From Lama guanicoe (lineage: Eukaryota): 26,786 nt of DNA. A program made the translations under genes and the position numbers. The notes below the pieces were generated by a model. It saw only the letters and a program-made list of their open reading frames with translations. It did not search any database and was not told the origin of the DNA. How positions within the stretch are numbered: position 1 is the first letter of the stretch; each line of letters begins with the position of its first letter. Shown here piece by piece: positions 1 to 10,589 of this stretch. The DNA is taken from the NCBI GenBank assembly GCA_013239625.1, contig MU053559.1, forward strand, positions 1,813,003 through 1,839,788, read 5' to 3'.

Positions 1-410
1 GAGTGTAATAGCTTATATGTCTTCCCTTATTACAACTATCCTTAACATACTCTTGGCTGTTTTCATACCAATTAAAATGAAGAATTGTACCAAAGGCCCC
101 TGATTCTGTTTAGAATATTGATTCAAACTGTCTGAAATTCATGGACTAGATTTGTGGACAATTGGGTTTTTACAGTATTGAGTCCACATTAAGGAATGCA
201 GTTTACTTATTGTCTTTTATATAGGTGAGGTGCAATCTTCTTAGGTTTACTTATAGTTGAATTCTTGCTTTTTGATGTGCATCATTCTTCTTAGTGTGTA
301 TATTTTACTAGTTATCATGGACATGAATAGGGCAGCTAATCTTGATTCTACAAAGTCCCTAGTTGATATCTAGCTAGGATATCTGTGCATATTAACAATG
401 ATACAATTTT
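1..410 (-). mobile_element. Old, diverged L1 (L1M-type) ORF2 fragment, antisense
   Basis: T-rich sequence resembling the reverse complement of L1 ORF2 (e.g. tttacagtattgagtc, ttaggttta); no ORF; boundaries approximate. Confidence 0.45.
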
Positions 411-559
411 CAGCTCAGAAAAAAAAAATGTGACAATGCAAAGGCTGATTTGAGATGCAAAGGGGGAAAAGGGAGGCATTTCGGGTAAAAGAGAGTTCTC
501 TATACTAAAGAAAAACACTTAAAAAAGAGGCAAATGAAAAACCGGGTAAAGGCTTCCAT

Positions 560-1330
560 TTGAAGCGAGTAGTTTTTCAACAAGACACGTTCACGGAAGG
601 AGTTAGAGGACCTCAGTATTACATCCCTGATCAAAAATGCCCAAATAAATTTAGTTATAATAAAACGAAACTGCTTATTAGCATTGCTAAAGAAAAACCC
701 TTGAAATATAACAAGCATGAGAAGAATCCTACTCTTGTGCTCCAGGACAAAGAGTGTATTTTGAGGAAAATCCTATAAACTTGAGAATTGGCAGAGACTT
801 TTAGTTAATGCTCAGCCTACTCAGTATCTCAATATCAGAGAATGGATGGTGTAGAGAAAACCCACAGTTCAAATCAATCTGCAAATGCATTTAGTGCTGG
901 ACCACAACTTACTCAGCATGATAAACTTTCAACTGAATAGAAACCTTACCAAAGTAATGAACATGGGAAGGCCTTAGCCAGTAACATCTTACTCAACATT
1001 AGGGAATTCATATTGGAGAGAAATCCTGCAAATGTGTTCAATTCACCAGTCCTTGTATTATCAACATAACAGCATCAAACTGAAGTGAAACTCTATAAAT
1101 GATAAGAAAGGGAAAAGGTCTTTGGACATGACGTCTCCCTTGCTGAGATATGAGATAATTCTTCCTGGAGGGAATCCTACAAAGGTATTCAATGTGCGAA
1201 ATCCTTTAAACATGGCTGCACTGTTGCCAAGCATGAGAGACTACACAGCGGAGAAATCCTGTGAATACAGCAAATGTAGATAAGGGATGTGTTCATCTCT
1301 TCCTCAACATCAGAGAATTCATATAAAATA
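560..1330 (+). pseudogene. Degenerate C2H2 zinc-finger exon (KRAB-ZNF type pseudogene or dead finger tail)
   Basis: Manual translation across frameshifts gives TE*KPYQSNEHGKAL, HLTQH*GIHIGEKSCKC, HQTEVKLYK**EREKVF, SYKGIQCAKSFKHGCTVAKHERLHSGE and LPQHQRIH, i.e. repeated TGEKPY-like linkers and HxxxH motifs with stops; possible acceptor ttttcag ending at 413. Confidence 0.8.
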
Positions 1331-1687
1331 CAAATAATATGAATCGCATCTCCAGTCTCTTAACCATGCCTCATACTGTACTCATCAACAGATAATTTAA
1401 TATACGCAATAAAATGAAATTTAAATATTGGTAATTCATAGGAAATTCCTGGCTTAGCATGTGAAATTCACACTGGAGATGGAAATTAAGAATTTTGTTT
1501 AGTGCTTCCACATTATTAATTGACAGGAAATCCATACCAAAATAACTGAAGCAGGCAGAAGTGTAAAAATAGATTTGAATATACGTAATAGTTTTATTAC
1601 ATTAGCCAGTGGTCCAGCAAAAGTTATGTTTGGAAATGTCAAGCAAAAACAACTTATACATTCAGATGAGATAGTGACATTAACACA

Positions 1688-1810
1688 GGAGGGGTATAGC
1701 TTAGTGGTGGAGCACATGCTTAGCATGCACGAGATCTTGGGTTCAATCCCCAGTACCTCCTCTAAAAATAAATAAACCTAATTACCCCCCCGCAAACAAA
1801 CAAACAAAAA
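1688..1810 (+). mobile_element. Vic-1-like camelid tRNA-Ala-derived SINE
   Basis: Head ggggtatagcttagtggtggagcacatgcttagcatgcacgagatcttgggttcaatcccc with A and B boxes, A-rich/(CAAA)n tail, 13-bp direct repeat aacacaggagggg at 1682-1694 and 1811-1823. Confidence 0.9.
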
Positions 1811-2657
1811 AACACAGGAGGGGAGAAGTAGAGTGAGATGACTGAAGAGGCTGAAACAAGAGGAAAGGGCCTTCATTTCTGACAATAGCAGTTCCACTCA
1901 CTCTGCCTCCTCTCCTTCCTGCTTCCCACAGTACATGCTTTACACACTGCTTTATCGCAGCAACTTTCCATGGCAGAAAGAGGCCTTGAAAGTAGAGTCG
2001 GCCCCAGCTAGCTGAAGTCTTCCTCCTTTGGGGTTTCCCATGGTGCACACACTTCTCAACTGACGGACACAGTCATTCAAAGATTGAAACTCCTCCAAAG
2101 ACTGAGCCGCCACACAGCCATGGGATTGGCTTCAGGCCACCATCTTGCAACCATAACCAGTCCCCTGGGGTGGATTCCCACACTGTTTATTCCAGCTCCA
2201 CTCACTCTGCAGACTCTCCTGCCTGTGGGAAATCTGCACAGAGAGCAATGAAGTCCGGCCAGGAGACCAACACTTCCAGCTGGCCCGCCCTTTCCTACAG
2301 GAACTCAGCCAGTTCCAAGAGCAGAACGTCCCAAGTCATCGCTTGATGGGCCTGTCACACAGTCACTGCAGGGAAGACCTCCAGGAAGAGGCAGGTACCA
2401 GGGCCCCTCAGCAGATCAGCACATCATAGCAAGAAAGCAAGCCCGCCAGGCTGCTGCCACTGCAAGGACTCAGGACCTCCGCTCCTCCTCGGAGGGGGAA
2501 AAGGCAGAGCAGAGCCCTCCGGAGGCTGCTACTCAGATCTGCAACCTCCCGACAAACACCAAGACAGTGTGCCGCCCAGGGCAGAGCCATACGGGGTTCA
2601 CAAGGTCCACCCGCCGGGATGGCTGAAACAAACCAACCTGACAATCTACAGCACCAG

Positions 2658-3311
2658 TGTGTTTAGGGTCCCCAAGATCACCGTCAGCTTGATGATTCCC
2701 CAGAAGGACTCAGGACTCAGAAAACCTGTCATCACTCTTCAGAGTACGTTGAGTCCTGCTGAGCTGTCACAGACACAGTTACAATTATTACAGAGAAAGT
2801 AAAATCAGCAAAGGGGAAAAGTGCATGGGGCAAGACCAGTGGAAACCAGTTGTGAGATCCAGCTGTCCTCTCCCAAAGGAGCCACACGGACAGTGCTTAA
2901 TTCTCCCAGAAACGATGGGACAAACACCTGCAAAGCGCTGCCAGCCAGGGAAGCTCCCCCACGCCCAGGGGCCCGCAGGTTGCACCGGAGGTCAGGCACA
3001 CAGGCGCGCAGCACCCGTGCGCCTCACTGTAGCTGCTCAGTCCACAGCCCCCAGATGTCAAACCACTACAGCACGGCCCAGGGCCTCACACACACAGGAC
3101 AGATGCTCACCAGAAGCCACGCTGTTGGCACCACCACATGGTCACATGGCACAGCGGAGCCTGGAACACAGAGATGCTACATCAGGCACAACAGGCCAGG
3201 GGCGTAGAGGTGGTCTCCCAGGAGCTGGACGAGGACCAGTCCTCCTGAGACAGGCTTTTCTTTGCAATCAAGGGCCTGAGTGACACGGGCCTGCTGGGGT
3301 TGCCCTTTACA
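2658..3311 (-). mobile_element. MER21-like solo LTR (ERVL class)
   Basis: gggtccccaagatcacc...ggactcag...aaaatcagcaaaggggaaaag...catggggc...cttaattctcccag...ccagggaagctc matches the recalled reverse MER21 consensus; also homologous in reverse complement to 21649-22177. Confidence 0.8.
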
Positions 3312-4699
3312 ATGAATTTTAACTTAACTGGAGGCCTAATTGCCATTTTAAAAACAACGTTTTCAGTTGCACATGAGTGGTGGTCCTGGGCAAGGCTGGT
3401 GGCGCAGGCGAAGCCCACAGCACAGGAAGGAGCAGCAGTGGCCCCAGCGTGTCCCCTAGTGTGCGGAGAGGACAGCGGAATCTGCCTGCACTTACCAGGT
3501 GCCTGCTGTGGGCCAAGCCCTGGGCCGGGAGCTCTGAAGATGTCCCCAGGAACAGACACGATGGGCGTTTGGGCAGCGGGTCCTCAGCTACGACACAGAA
3601 GGACTGCGGCCCAATGGGCCAGTCAGTGGCAGAACCAAGCCTTCTCTTCTGTGGATTCGTAGATTCCAACAGCCAGACAGAGTGTGGGCTGGAAAGACAC
3701 CGCGGCACGTTTCTTGGTTCCTAGGTGCCCAAGTCCCACCAGGAAATGCGGGCACTGCCGGAGCAACCACCGCACGGCCTCTGCCACCCTGTCTCTTCCA
3801 GGCCAGCACTCGTTCCCGCACAAGTCAGCAGGTGGGGACAGTCTGAGCAGGGCCAAAGTCCAGGTCTTTCTACAGTTGGGGCTTTCTCTATTGTCCTCAG
3901 GACATGGCCACACTAACTCTACTCATCTTTTCCTGCCTCCTGACAGTGGTGTCAGAAGAGGTTACCAGGTCACCTCTCCTCCGGAAATAAAGAGGTTAGG
4001 AGCTGTGAACCTGGCCATCGTGTACCAATGCACCAAGAATTCACAGTGGGGGGCAAGTCCCACTCACATGCCTGGCAGAAAACAGACTCTTCTCCGGGGA
4101 TTTCTGCACAAGGCTTGGACAGTCACTTCCCAGGGCACCTCCACGTTGCAGATTTGGGCCATGATTCATCCAACCAACCTGGGGAATATTAGTTAAGGCG
4201 CAGAGGGGCAAGGGAAAGAGAGGGACAGGGCAATATGTTCAAATGGAAAAGTAAGTAACTGTACGTTGGCTCCCATGACTGCTTTTGTCACGTGCTTCTG
4301 TGCAGTGCCTGGCACGTGCTGGCTGTCGCACAGGAGGAACTGGGTGTACTGGGCCCAGGCCCCGCTTGCCCGGACCGAGGAGTCCTGCTAGTCACCAGGC
4401 ACAAGCCCACAGCACACACTTGGCCTCTTTCCTCCAGACCCTGACAGGAAACAGAAAACTTGCCTCAAGGGCACTACAGCCTTTTTCGGCAGGCCACGTT
4501 GTCCGCTGGCCTTGCCAGTGGAACAGCTCTCCCCACTTCATGCTCTGTTTACAAAAACGCAGGTTTTCCAGAGACCCCCAGGGTCCCAGAAACTGCAGCG
4601 CCTCGGTTGCTGTCAGGAGAACCAGGCATCACGGTTCCCTCCTCACTTGTGCATGCTGCCGGCCCTGCAGTCCAGCTGCCAGGTGCTTCTCCAGGCCCC

Positions 4700-5165
4700 T
4701 CCCCAGGCTGAGCCTGACCCCTGCTCTCTGACCCCTGACCTGAGACCAGAGCGCCGACGGGCCGGCCCCGCCCCCAAGATGGCCGCGCCCATGTGCCGCG
4801 GTGGGCGGCCACAGGCGCCGCTGCCGCTTTTCTTAATCCGAAGATTTAAGGAAGCAGGCGAGCGTGGCTTTGGGGACTAGAGGGGCGTGACTTCCCCCGG
4901 GAGCGGAGCGACGAGGAGGCCCGGCCGCGCCGCGGAACGGATTGGGAGAGCCGGCCTTGGCCTCGGAGGCGGAGCCCCGGGTCGCGACGTCTCGCCGCCC
5001 CGAGACGCCTCCCCGGCCTTCCGTGGGACTCGTCGCGGAAAATGGTCGCAGGCTCTTGTCGCTCCATCTAGCTTAAGAGGGAACCACGTCAGAACCTTTG
5101 TCCCCGAAAGGACCGTGTTAGGGCATTGAGTGACAAGGCCCGAGGTGAGTGTTCGGATCAGCGAG
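4700..5165. promoter_or_regulatory. CpG-island promoter, probably bidirectional, containing non-coding exon 1 of the plus-strand KRAB gene
   Basis: Dense CpG; GC box 4766-4775, YY1-like AAGATGGCCG 4776-4785, reverse CCAAT (ATTGG) 4941-4945, CGGAAAATGG near 5036-5045, ACGTCA 5086-5091; plus-strand donor GAG|GTGAGT at 5144/5145 and minus-strand donor CAG|GTCAGG at 4740/4739. Confidence 0.85.
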
Positions 5166-5184
5166 TGATCGGTTCATTCAGCGG

Positions 5185-5372
5185 CTTTTTACTGAGGGCC
5201 TAGTAAATGCCCGGCACCACTGTGTTTCACATTAGTCTTCACAGTTGCCCTGTGAGCAGGTACTACGATTTTGTTCATTTTGCACACGGGAACCTGTCTG
5301 AAGTCACATAGTAAACCCAAGGGATCCGTTTGTTGCCAGATCTGCTCGGAGTCTTTACTCAAAACCCACCAA
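5185..5372 (-). mobile_element. MIR SINE
   Basis: tttactgagggcctag...cttcacagttgccctgtgagcaggtactacgatt...cattttgcacacgggaa...gtcacatag resembles reverse-oriented MIR. Confidence 0.65.
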
Positions 5373-5390
5373 CCACCACCTTTAGCAGGA

Positions 5391-5967
5391 GTTAACATAA
5401 ATTTTTAAGTTAAAGGGTCCATAGATAAGAAAGGAAGCTACAAACAAACAAACAAACAAACAAACAAACAAAAAACCCCAGATGGAACCAACTGGGACCA
5501 AGAAGACTTGGAATCTGAACTCCAACAAACCCTGAGTCTCATTTTACATAGATTTTACTATATTAGCATATTAAATGACACACCTACCAGAGGGCCATGA
5601 CTGGACATTAAGGACTGAAAAAAAGGATAAAAAGAGGTTGGCACCCCAGTCCCTTGGAAAAACACTGCCCCTTCCCAGGTAGACCAATGCATATGCCTCC
5701 CCATCATTAGTCTCACTCCTCCTCCTTTTGTCTTTACTCTTTAAAATTGAATCCCTCTCACTAGGTGGGCAAGAAGTTGATCTGTGGACTTAGTTCCTGG
5801 TTCTCCATTCTTTGGCCACTGAAAAAAGCTTGTGCTGTTTTGATCTCTGCTTGGGATTCGTTACTGGGTGCTCAAACCCCAAAGGAAAGAGAACCCTACC
5901 CTGCCGAGGCAGAGAGCCTGGCCAGGCTAGGGCCTGAGAAGGGTCCATACGACTTAACTTGGTAACC
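5391..5967 (+). mobile_element. Solo ERV LTR (ERV1-like)
   Basis: gttaac...ggtaac termini, TATA-like tttaaaa near 5740, gaaaaaagcttg at the usual polyA-signal position (5821-5832), LTR-like U3 composition; no clear TSD. Confidence 0.55.
5441..5472 (+). repeat. (CAAA)8 microsatellite inside the LTR
   Basis: Directly visible tandem repeat. Confidence 0.95.
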
Positions 5968-5984
5968 GTTTTTCTTCCCCCTTC

Positions 5985-6187
5985 CCCACATAGCATTTAA
6001 GCCTTTCTCACTAACATACCTTAAATTTACTTACCAACTTTATTGCTTACTGTCTCTCTCTCTCCCTTGCTAGAATATAGCTCTACATGATCAGGAACTG
6101 TGTTATTTGTTTCACTGAATATCCAATCCATAGAACAGTAGAAGAGGCACATAGTAGGCACTAACCTCTTATATTGAATGAATAAAA
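5985..6187 (+). mobile_element. L2 LINE 3' end
   Basis: ctagaatatagctc...tttgtttcactg...tagaacagt...ggcacatagtaggcact...ttgaatgaataaa is the characteristic L2 3' terminus. Confidence 0.8.
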
Positions 6188-6425
6188 GCTGCAGAGCAGG
6201 TAGGCAGTTTGGTTTCAGAGCCCAGACTCTCTATGAAGTAAGGCAGTTGTACCTCCTTGTCTGACGATAATTGAACACTTAACAAATGTTAACTCTTAAA
6301 CCTAGAATGAGGCACTATGCCTCTTTGTGTCGAGTGGGTTTTCCTCAACTCTGCTCCATCATAGAGGTTAATTGCATCTCTTGTGTGGTCATTGCCTTTC
6401 CAAGGTCAGAGTCCATTAATGAGAC

Positions 6426-7056
6426 TGATGCAGGAAAACGGATATGGGACATGAGGAGGACCGTGTCCCAGGTCTTGATGGAGCCCCTGGGATGTCCCCT
6501 GCCAGGTGTGGGTCCTTGGCTTCACGCAGGAAAGAATTCAAGAGCGAGCCACAGTTGAGTAAAGGTAGATTTATTTAGAGAAACAGCAGAAGGCAAGAGA
6601 AAGGCCATAAGGTGTGGGGGTTGGGTGCTCAGATTAAAGTAAAAGTAGGTACATACTCCACAGAGTGTGGGCCGTCTCCGAAGAGGGAGAGAGAGGGGCA
6701 GTGGCAGCCATGAGGCACTGTGTTGCCAGTTTTTATGGGCTCAGTGGCTTTGTATGCTAATAAGTGGAAGGACCAGTCTAACTAGCCTGGGGAAGGGGCT
6801 GGGATTTCCAAGAAGTTGGCCATTTCCCACTCTTTGGCCTTTTGTGGCTAGCCTTGGGACTGTTATGGTGCTTGGGGGCATGATATTCACCATGCTAGTA
6901 CCTTACAGTGAGCATATAATGAAGCTCAAGTTCTACTAGAAGTCAAATCTCCCACCATCTTGAGGCTTAAGGCTTCCTGGGGGTTGAATCTTTTGCCATT
7001 TTGATGTTAATTGTTTTGTTCTTTGAATGGCTGTGCCCTGCCCCGTTCCTGTCTCA
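6426..7056 (-). mobile_element. Solo ERV1-class LTR, 631 bp
   Basis: TG...CA termini (tgatgc...gtctca), exact 4-bp TSD AGAC at 6422-6425 and 7057-7060, minus-strand AATAAA near 6570-6575. Confidence 0.85.
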
Positions 7057-7207
7057 AGACCACTGCTCACCAGCCACCAGACTCCAGTTTATCTGCCATG
7101 GGCTTCCTTAGTTAATCTATAGAAGACCCAGTCTGAGGCCTCAGAAGGAAGTGAGTGAGTTCCCCAGGTCAGAGGCAGAGATATGGTGCTGAAGGGATGG
7201 TCCCAGT

Positions 7208-7351
7208 GGGGAGGGTATAGCTCAAGTGGTAGAGCACATGCTTAGCATGCACGAGGTCCTGGGTTCAATCCCCTGTGCCTCCTCCAAATATAGATAAATA
7301 AATATACCTAATTACCTCTCCCTCATAAAACAAACAAACAAAAGCACAACG
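7208..7351 (+). mobile_element. Vic-1-like camelid SINE
   Basis: ggggagggtatagctcaagtggtagagc...cttagcatgc...gggttcaatccc head with A-rich tail; 17-bp TSD tgaagggatggtc(c/t)cag at 7190-7206 and 7352-7368. Confidence 0.92.
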
Positions 7352-7741
7352 TGAAGGGATGGTCTCAGCAGAGAGGCAGAGATGTGTTTGTCTCTGAATC
7401 CTTTGGTCCCACCTCCTTAGGAATAAGACAGCTCCTCTGAGGGGCCTTGCAGGAGAAGCCTCAGCTCCAGACCCCAGGGCAGTCAGTGGGAGGAGGCTTA
7501 CAGGACAGCAGGTCCTAGAAGAGCTAGACCTACAGCGTCCTCTGTCACTCCTTCCAGCTGAGAGAGAGCAAGGCTGTCATGGTGACTCAACTTCCAGCCA
7601 CCACGAAGGACTAGGTGACAAAGGGCAGCTGAACCCCTCTTGGAGGAGAAAGAGAGATGAAATTTGCAGGTGTTTGGAGACATTGCCAGGAGACATTGCC
7701 TGCAAGGGCAGGACTGGGCTGGGAAGGATCACTACCAATCT

Positions 7742-8382
7742 CCTTACTGAAACAAATTGGGTCCAGCAGCAGCCTGCCTGCAGTAAAGGCAATTTACTGA
7801 CACCGGGTGGTGATGAAGTTAAGTGCAGCATTTGTTGCAGGGTGCCAAGCAAATTCAGGCAGCTAATGCTCAGAAGAACAGAACTCTCCGAAGGCTTTCA
7901 GAAACAGGTTTTTAAAAACAGGGTGAGGGAGGTGGGGTTGTGTGGGGGGTGTGTGATCAGCTTGTGGACATTCTTCCGATTGGTTGGTGGTGAGGTAATT
8001 GGGAGTCAACACCATCAACATTCTGGTTCCACCTGGTCTGGGGTCTGCGCGCTTGCGGTCAGCATGCAGTTAACTTCTTCCACCTGGTGGGGGTTTCAGT
8101 GGCTGCAAAACAGCTCAAAGGGTATGGCTCAGAGTATTATCTATAGCGCTTGAGGGAGAATTAAAGGTCCTTGACTTTGTTTAATTGCCAAAGTATTATT
8201 ATTTTGCCTTGTTTGACTGTTTTCCTTTGTTTCTGCATTTTCTCACTTCTCTGATTAAATTTATTCTTTGGAACTCAGGGAAGGCCTAGGAGGCTAGAGT
8301 TTTCTGCATGCCAAAGGCAGGCAGAGGACATGGGGTGGGGATTCTGTCCCAGGAAGGCCCCATAGGGTCCTGCTTGGTTACA
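7742..8382 (-). mobile_element. Solo ERV1-like LTR
   Basis: Minus strand begins TGTAACCAAGCAGGACCC; left end ttactgaaac resembles a decayed TGTTAC inverted terminus; LTR-like internal motifs; TSD not clear. Confidence 0.7.
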
Positions 8383-8860
8383 GCCTCACAGGACGCTCCC
8401 CTCTGCTGACACACTGTGCGTCCCTCCTTTGCCTTGGGCTCTTTCTGGATTTAAGTCAGTCCCATAGTATGAACATCCCTCCTGCCTTTAGCAGAAATTG
8501 CAGACTCTCCCTCGACCTTGCCTAAGTGCAGAAAAACTTTTGTTTCGTTTTTTCGTTTGGAGAATTTCAGAGTAGTCTCTAGGTAGGGTGTCACCTCGTT
8601 CTGTGGCCTCATTTTGATGCTACTGTAACTGGGCCTGAGAACATGACTCATTAAGCTCCATGGTGCTGAACGCTGTTATCCCGATATAAGGCAGGGGATG
8701 CTACAGTAGCAAAGGTTATTGAGCAAAAAAACTCCTTGGTGAAACTTTGTTTTGAAAACTGCCAAATAAGGAAGAGTTTGGCACTCAAATGGACATGATG
8801 GGAAATGAGGAGGTTTAGGGGAGAAAATAGGGTGGTGGTGGGCCAGTGAAGTGGGGGGAG

Positions 8861-9327
8861 TGTAATAGGGAAGAACAAATCTGACGCCATGTTGGATCTT
8901 TGTTTTCACTTGCACCTTTATATTCTATTGCTTTTGCTACAAGTTAATCACTAAAGGGATGTTGCCTCTAAGCTTAAATTATGCATAATGGCCCATCTGT
9001 GGGAATCCTGCCTCCCAGGAAATGAGCTGTCAGCTAAAATACCTTTGTTTAGCTTGTAGGAAACCTCCTGACCAAGCCCTCCTGTGAATGGCTGTGGGCA
9101 GGAAATTAACACCTCCCCTCCGGAGTCTGACTAGAAACAGGACTTTACCCTCCCCACGTTTAGTATAAAAGAAGCCTGAATTCTAACTCGGAAGATGGTT
9201 ATTTGGGTCAATAGTCCACCATTTTCTCAGTCTGCTAGCTGTCTGAATAAAGTTGCTATTCCTTGCCCCAACAAATCTCTTGATGGCCTGTCATGCAGCG
9301 AGCAATACAAGCTTGGACTTGATAACA
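8861..9327 (+). mobile_element. Solo ERV1-class LTR, 467 bp
   Basis: TGTAAT...ATAACA termini, TATAAAA 9164-9170, AATAAA 9246-9251, near-TSD GGAG (8857-8860) / GAAG (9328-9331). Confidence 0.85.
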
Positions 9328-9805
9328 GAAGGAGCAGGGGGCCAAGGTCAATGGTTTCCAGCTCCATGTGGAACTGAAAAATGTAGGGCCCTTAACTGGC
9401 CTCCTCAGCCCCTCCCTTCCACCCTGCGCTCTCACCTCTGGTTTGTCTCCTTCCTCCAAACCACAGGAAGACGTCCCCCTCCAGACTTTGCCCAGGGTCT
9501 ATCACCTCTAGGACTCAGTGTGAGAACAGATGATTTGTAATAATGTCTCCCTTTTATTTTACTAGTCATTAATATTTACTGTCAAAAATGAGAAAATGCA
9601 AGTAAACAAAAGAGGAAAAGTGAAGTCACCACTCAAAGGAAAGCAGTGTCAACATTTTAATAAATGCTCTCCCTCAAAACATGCATACGGCTTAACCAGC
9701 GAGATCACACTTGCTTTCTTGTAACCTGCTTTTAAATATGTCAAGAAATGAGAACAAGAGTCCATTGCATTTTACACATGTGGTATTTCCCATTTTATAT
9801 GTCTT

Positions 9806-9941
9806 TTTCAATTTTTAATTTTTTTATTTTTTAGGAGGAGTACTTAGGTTATTTATTTATTTATTATGGAGGTGCTGGGGATTGAACCCAGGACCTTCTA
9901 CATGCTAGGCACGCACTCTACCACTGAGCTATACCCTCCCC
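9806..9941 (-). mobile_element. Vic-1-like camelid SINE
   Basis: Reverse complement reads ggggagggtatagctcagtggtagagtgcgtgcctagcatgtagaaggtcctgggttcaatccccagc followed by an A-rich tail. Confidence 0.9.
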
Positions 9942-10353
9942 TCTTGTGTGTCTTATTTTGTAACTAATTCCCTTTTGCTGGAGGTTTCATTGCTTGCAAA
10001 GTGTTGAAAGGTAGAAACACCTACCATGAACGTCCTCGCAGCCTGTGCTCATTGATGATTCCTTTTCTGTGGTCAATTTCCAGGCATAGAATCCTTGAGA
10101 GAAACGAGGTGTCAGGTTGTTAATGGCTTCCGAGTAGAAGTCCTTCGACACGAGTCATACATCTGTCCAGGAAGAGAAAGTAAATTCATGTGCAAAATCC
10201 ACAGGGGCTTCACCGTGTCCCAAGGGAACAGGCTGGTGCTACCAGGCCATGTTTCCAGATCATTCCCCCGGGGCGCGGGTGATTGTTAGGCTGCTGGTGG
10301 TGGTCTCCTGGCTGGATGCACTGATCTCGACCCGCCTACTTCTGCCTTCGCAG

Positions 10354-10397
10354 ATCTCCATCCTTTGTCCGGGCAGAAGCGGATGGCCCTGTCCCAG
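10354..10397 (+). pseudogene. Start-codon exon of a plus-strand KRAB gene; ATG at 10383 encodes MALSQ
   Basis: Branch-like ctgat at 10321, pyrimidine tract and CAG acceptor (10351-10353), CGG ATG GCC CTG TCC CAG then GTGAGT donor in phase 0; typical KRAB-ZNF exon 2 and close to the MAMSQ start recalled for human ZNF674/KRBOX4. Confidence 0.8.
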
Positions 10398-10554
10398 GTG
10401 AGTTCCTACTTTACCCCCTACTTTTTTTCCAGTGAATTTGAGGCAGCAGTTAGGAAATTGTATTGCAACCTTGAAAAATCTGTCAGTCCCCTCGCCTCTG
10501 GCTGTTTTCTGTTCAACCTGCAATCTACCTCAGGTTTCTCCAATCCTTCCCCTT

Positions 10555-10556
<2 letters not shown>

Positions 10557-10586
<30 letters not shown>
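10557..10586 (+). repeat. (CA)15 microsatellite
   Basis: Directly visible tandem repeat. Confidence 0.97.

Positions 10587-10589
<3 letters not shown>

Noticed and set aside
2040..2340. Possible MLT1J/K remnant (gccaccatcttgcaaccat)
   Set aside because: Only short motifs recognisable; boundaries and identity unsupported
3411..4416. 14-bp direct repeat aagcccacagcaca at 3411 and 4403
   Set aside because: Flanks do not extend the match and the enclosed sequence has no retroposon hallmarks; chance is not excluded
2821..4880. Many overlapping 110-170 aa ORFs on both strands
   Set aside because: GC-rich LTR and island-shore DNA with few stops, no recognisable domain, and mostly non-ATG starts
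7208..7285. tRNA-Ala(AGC)-like genes here and near 1690 and 9870-9941
   Set aside because: All have A-rich tails and imperfect stems, and two have clear TSDs; they are SINE heads, not tRNA genes
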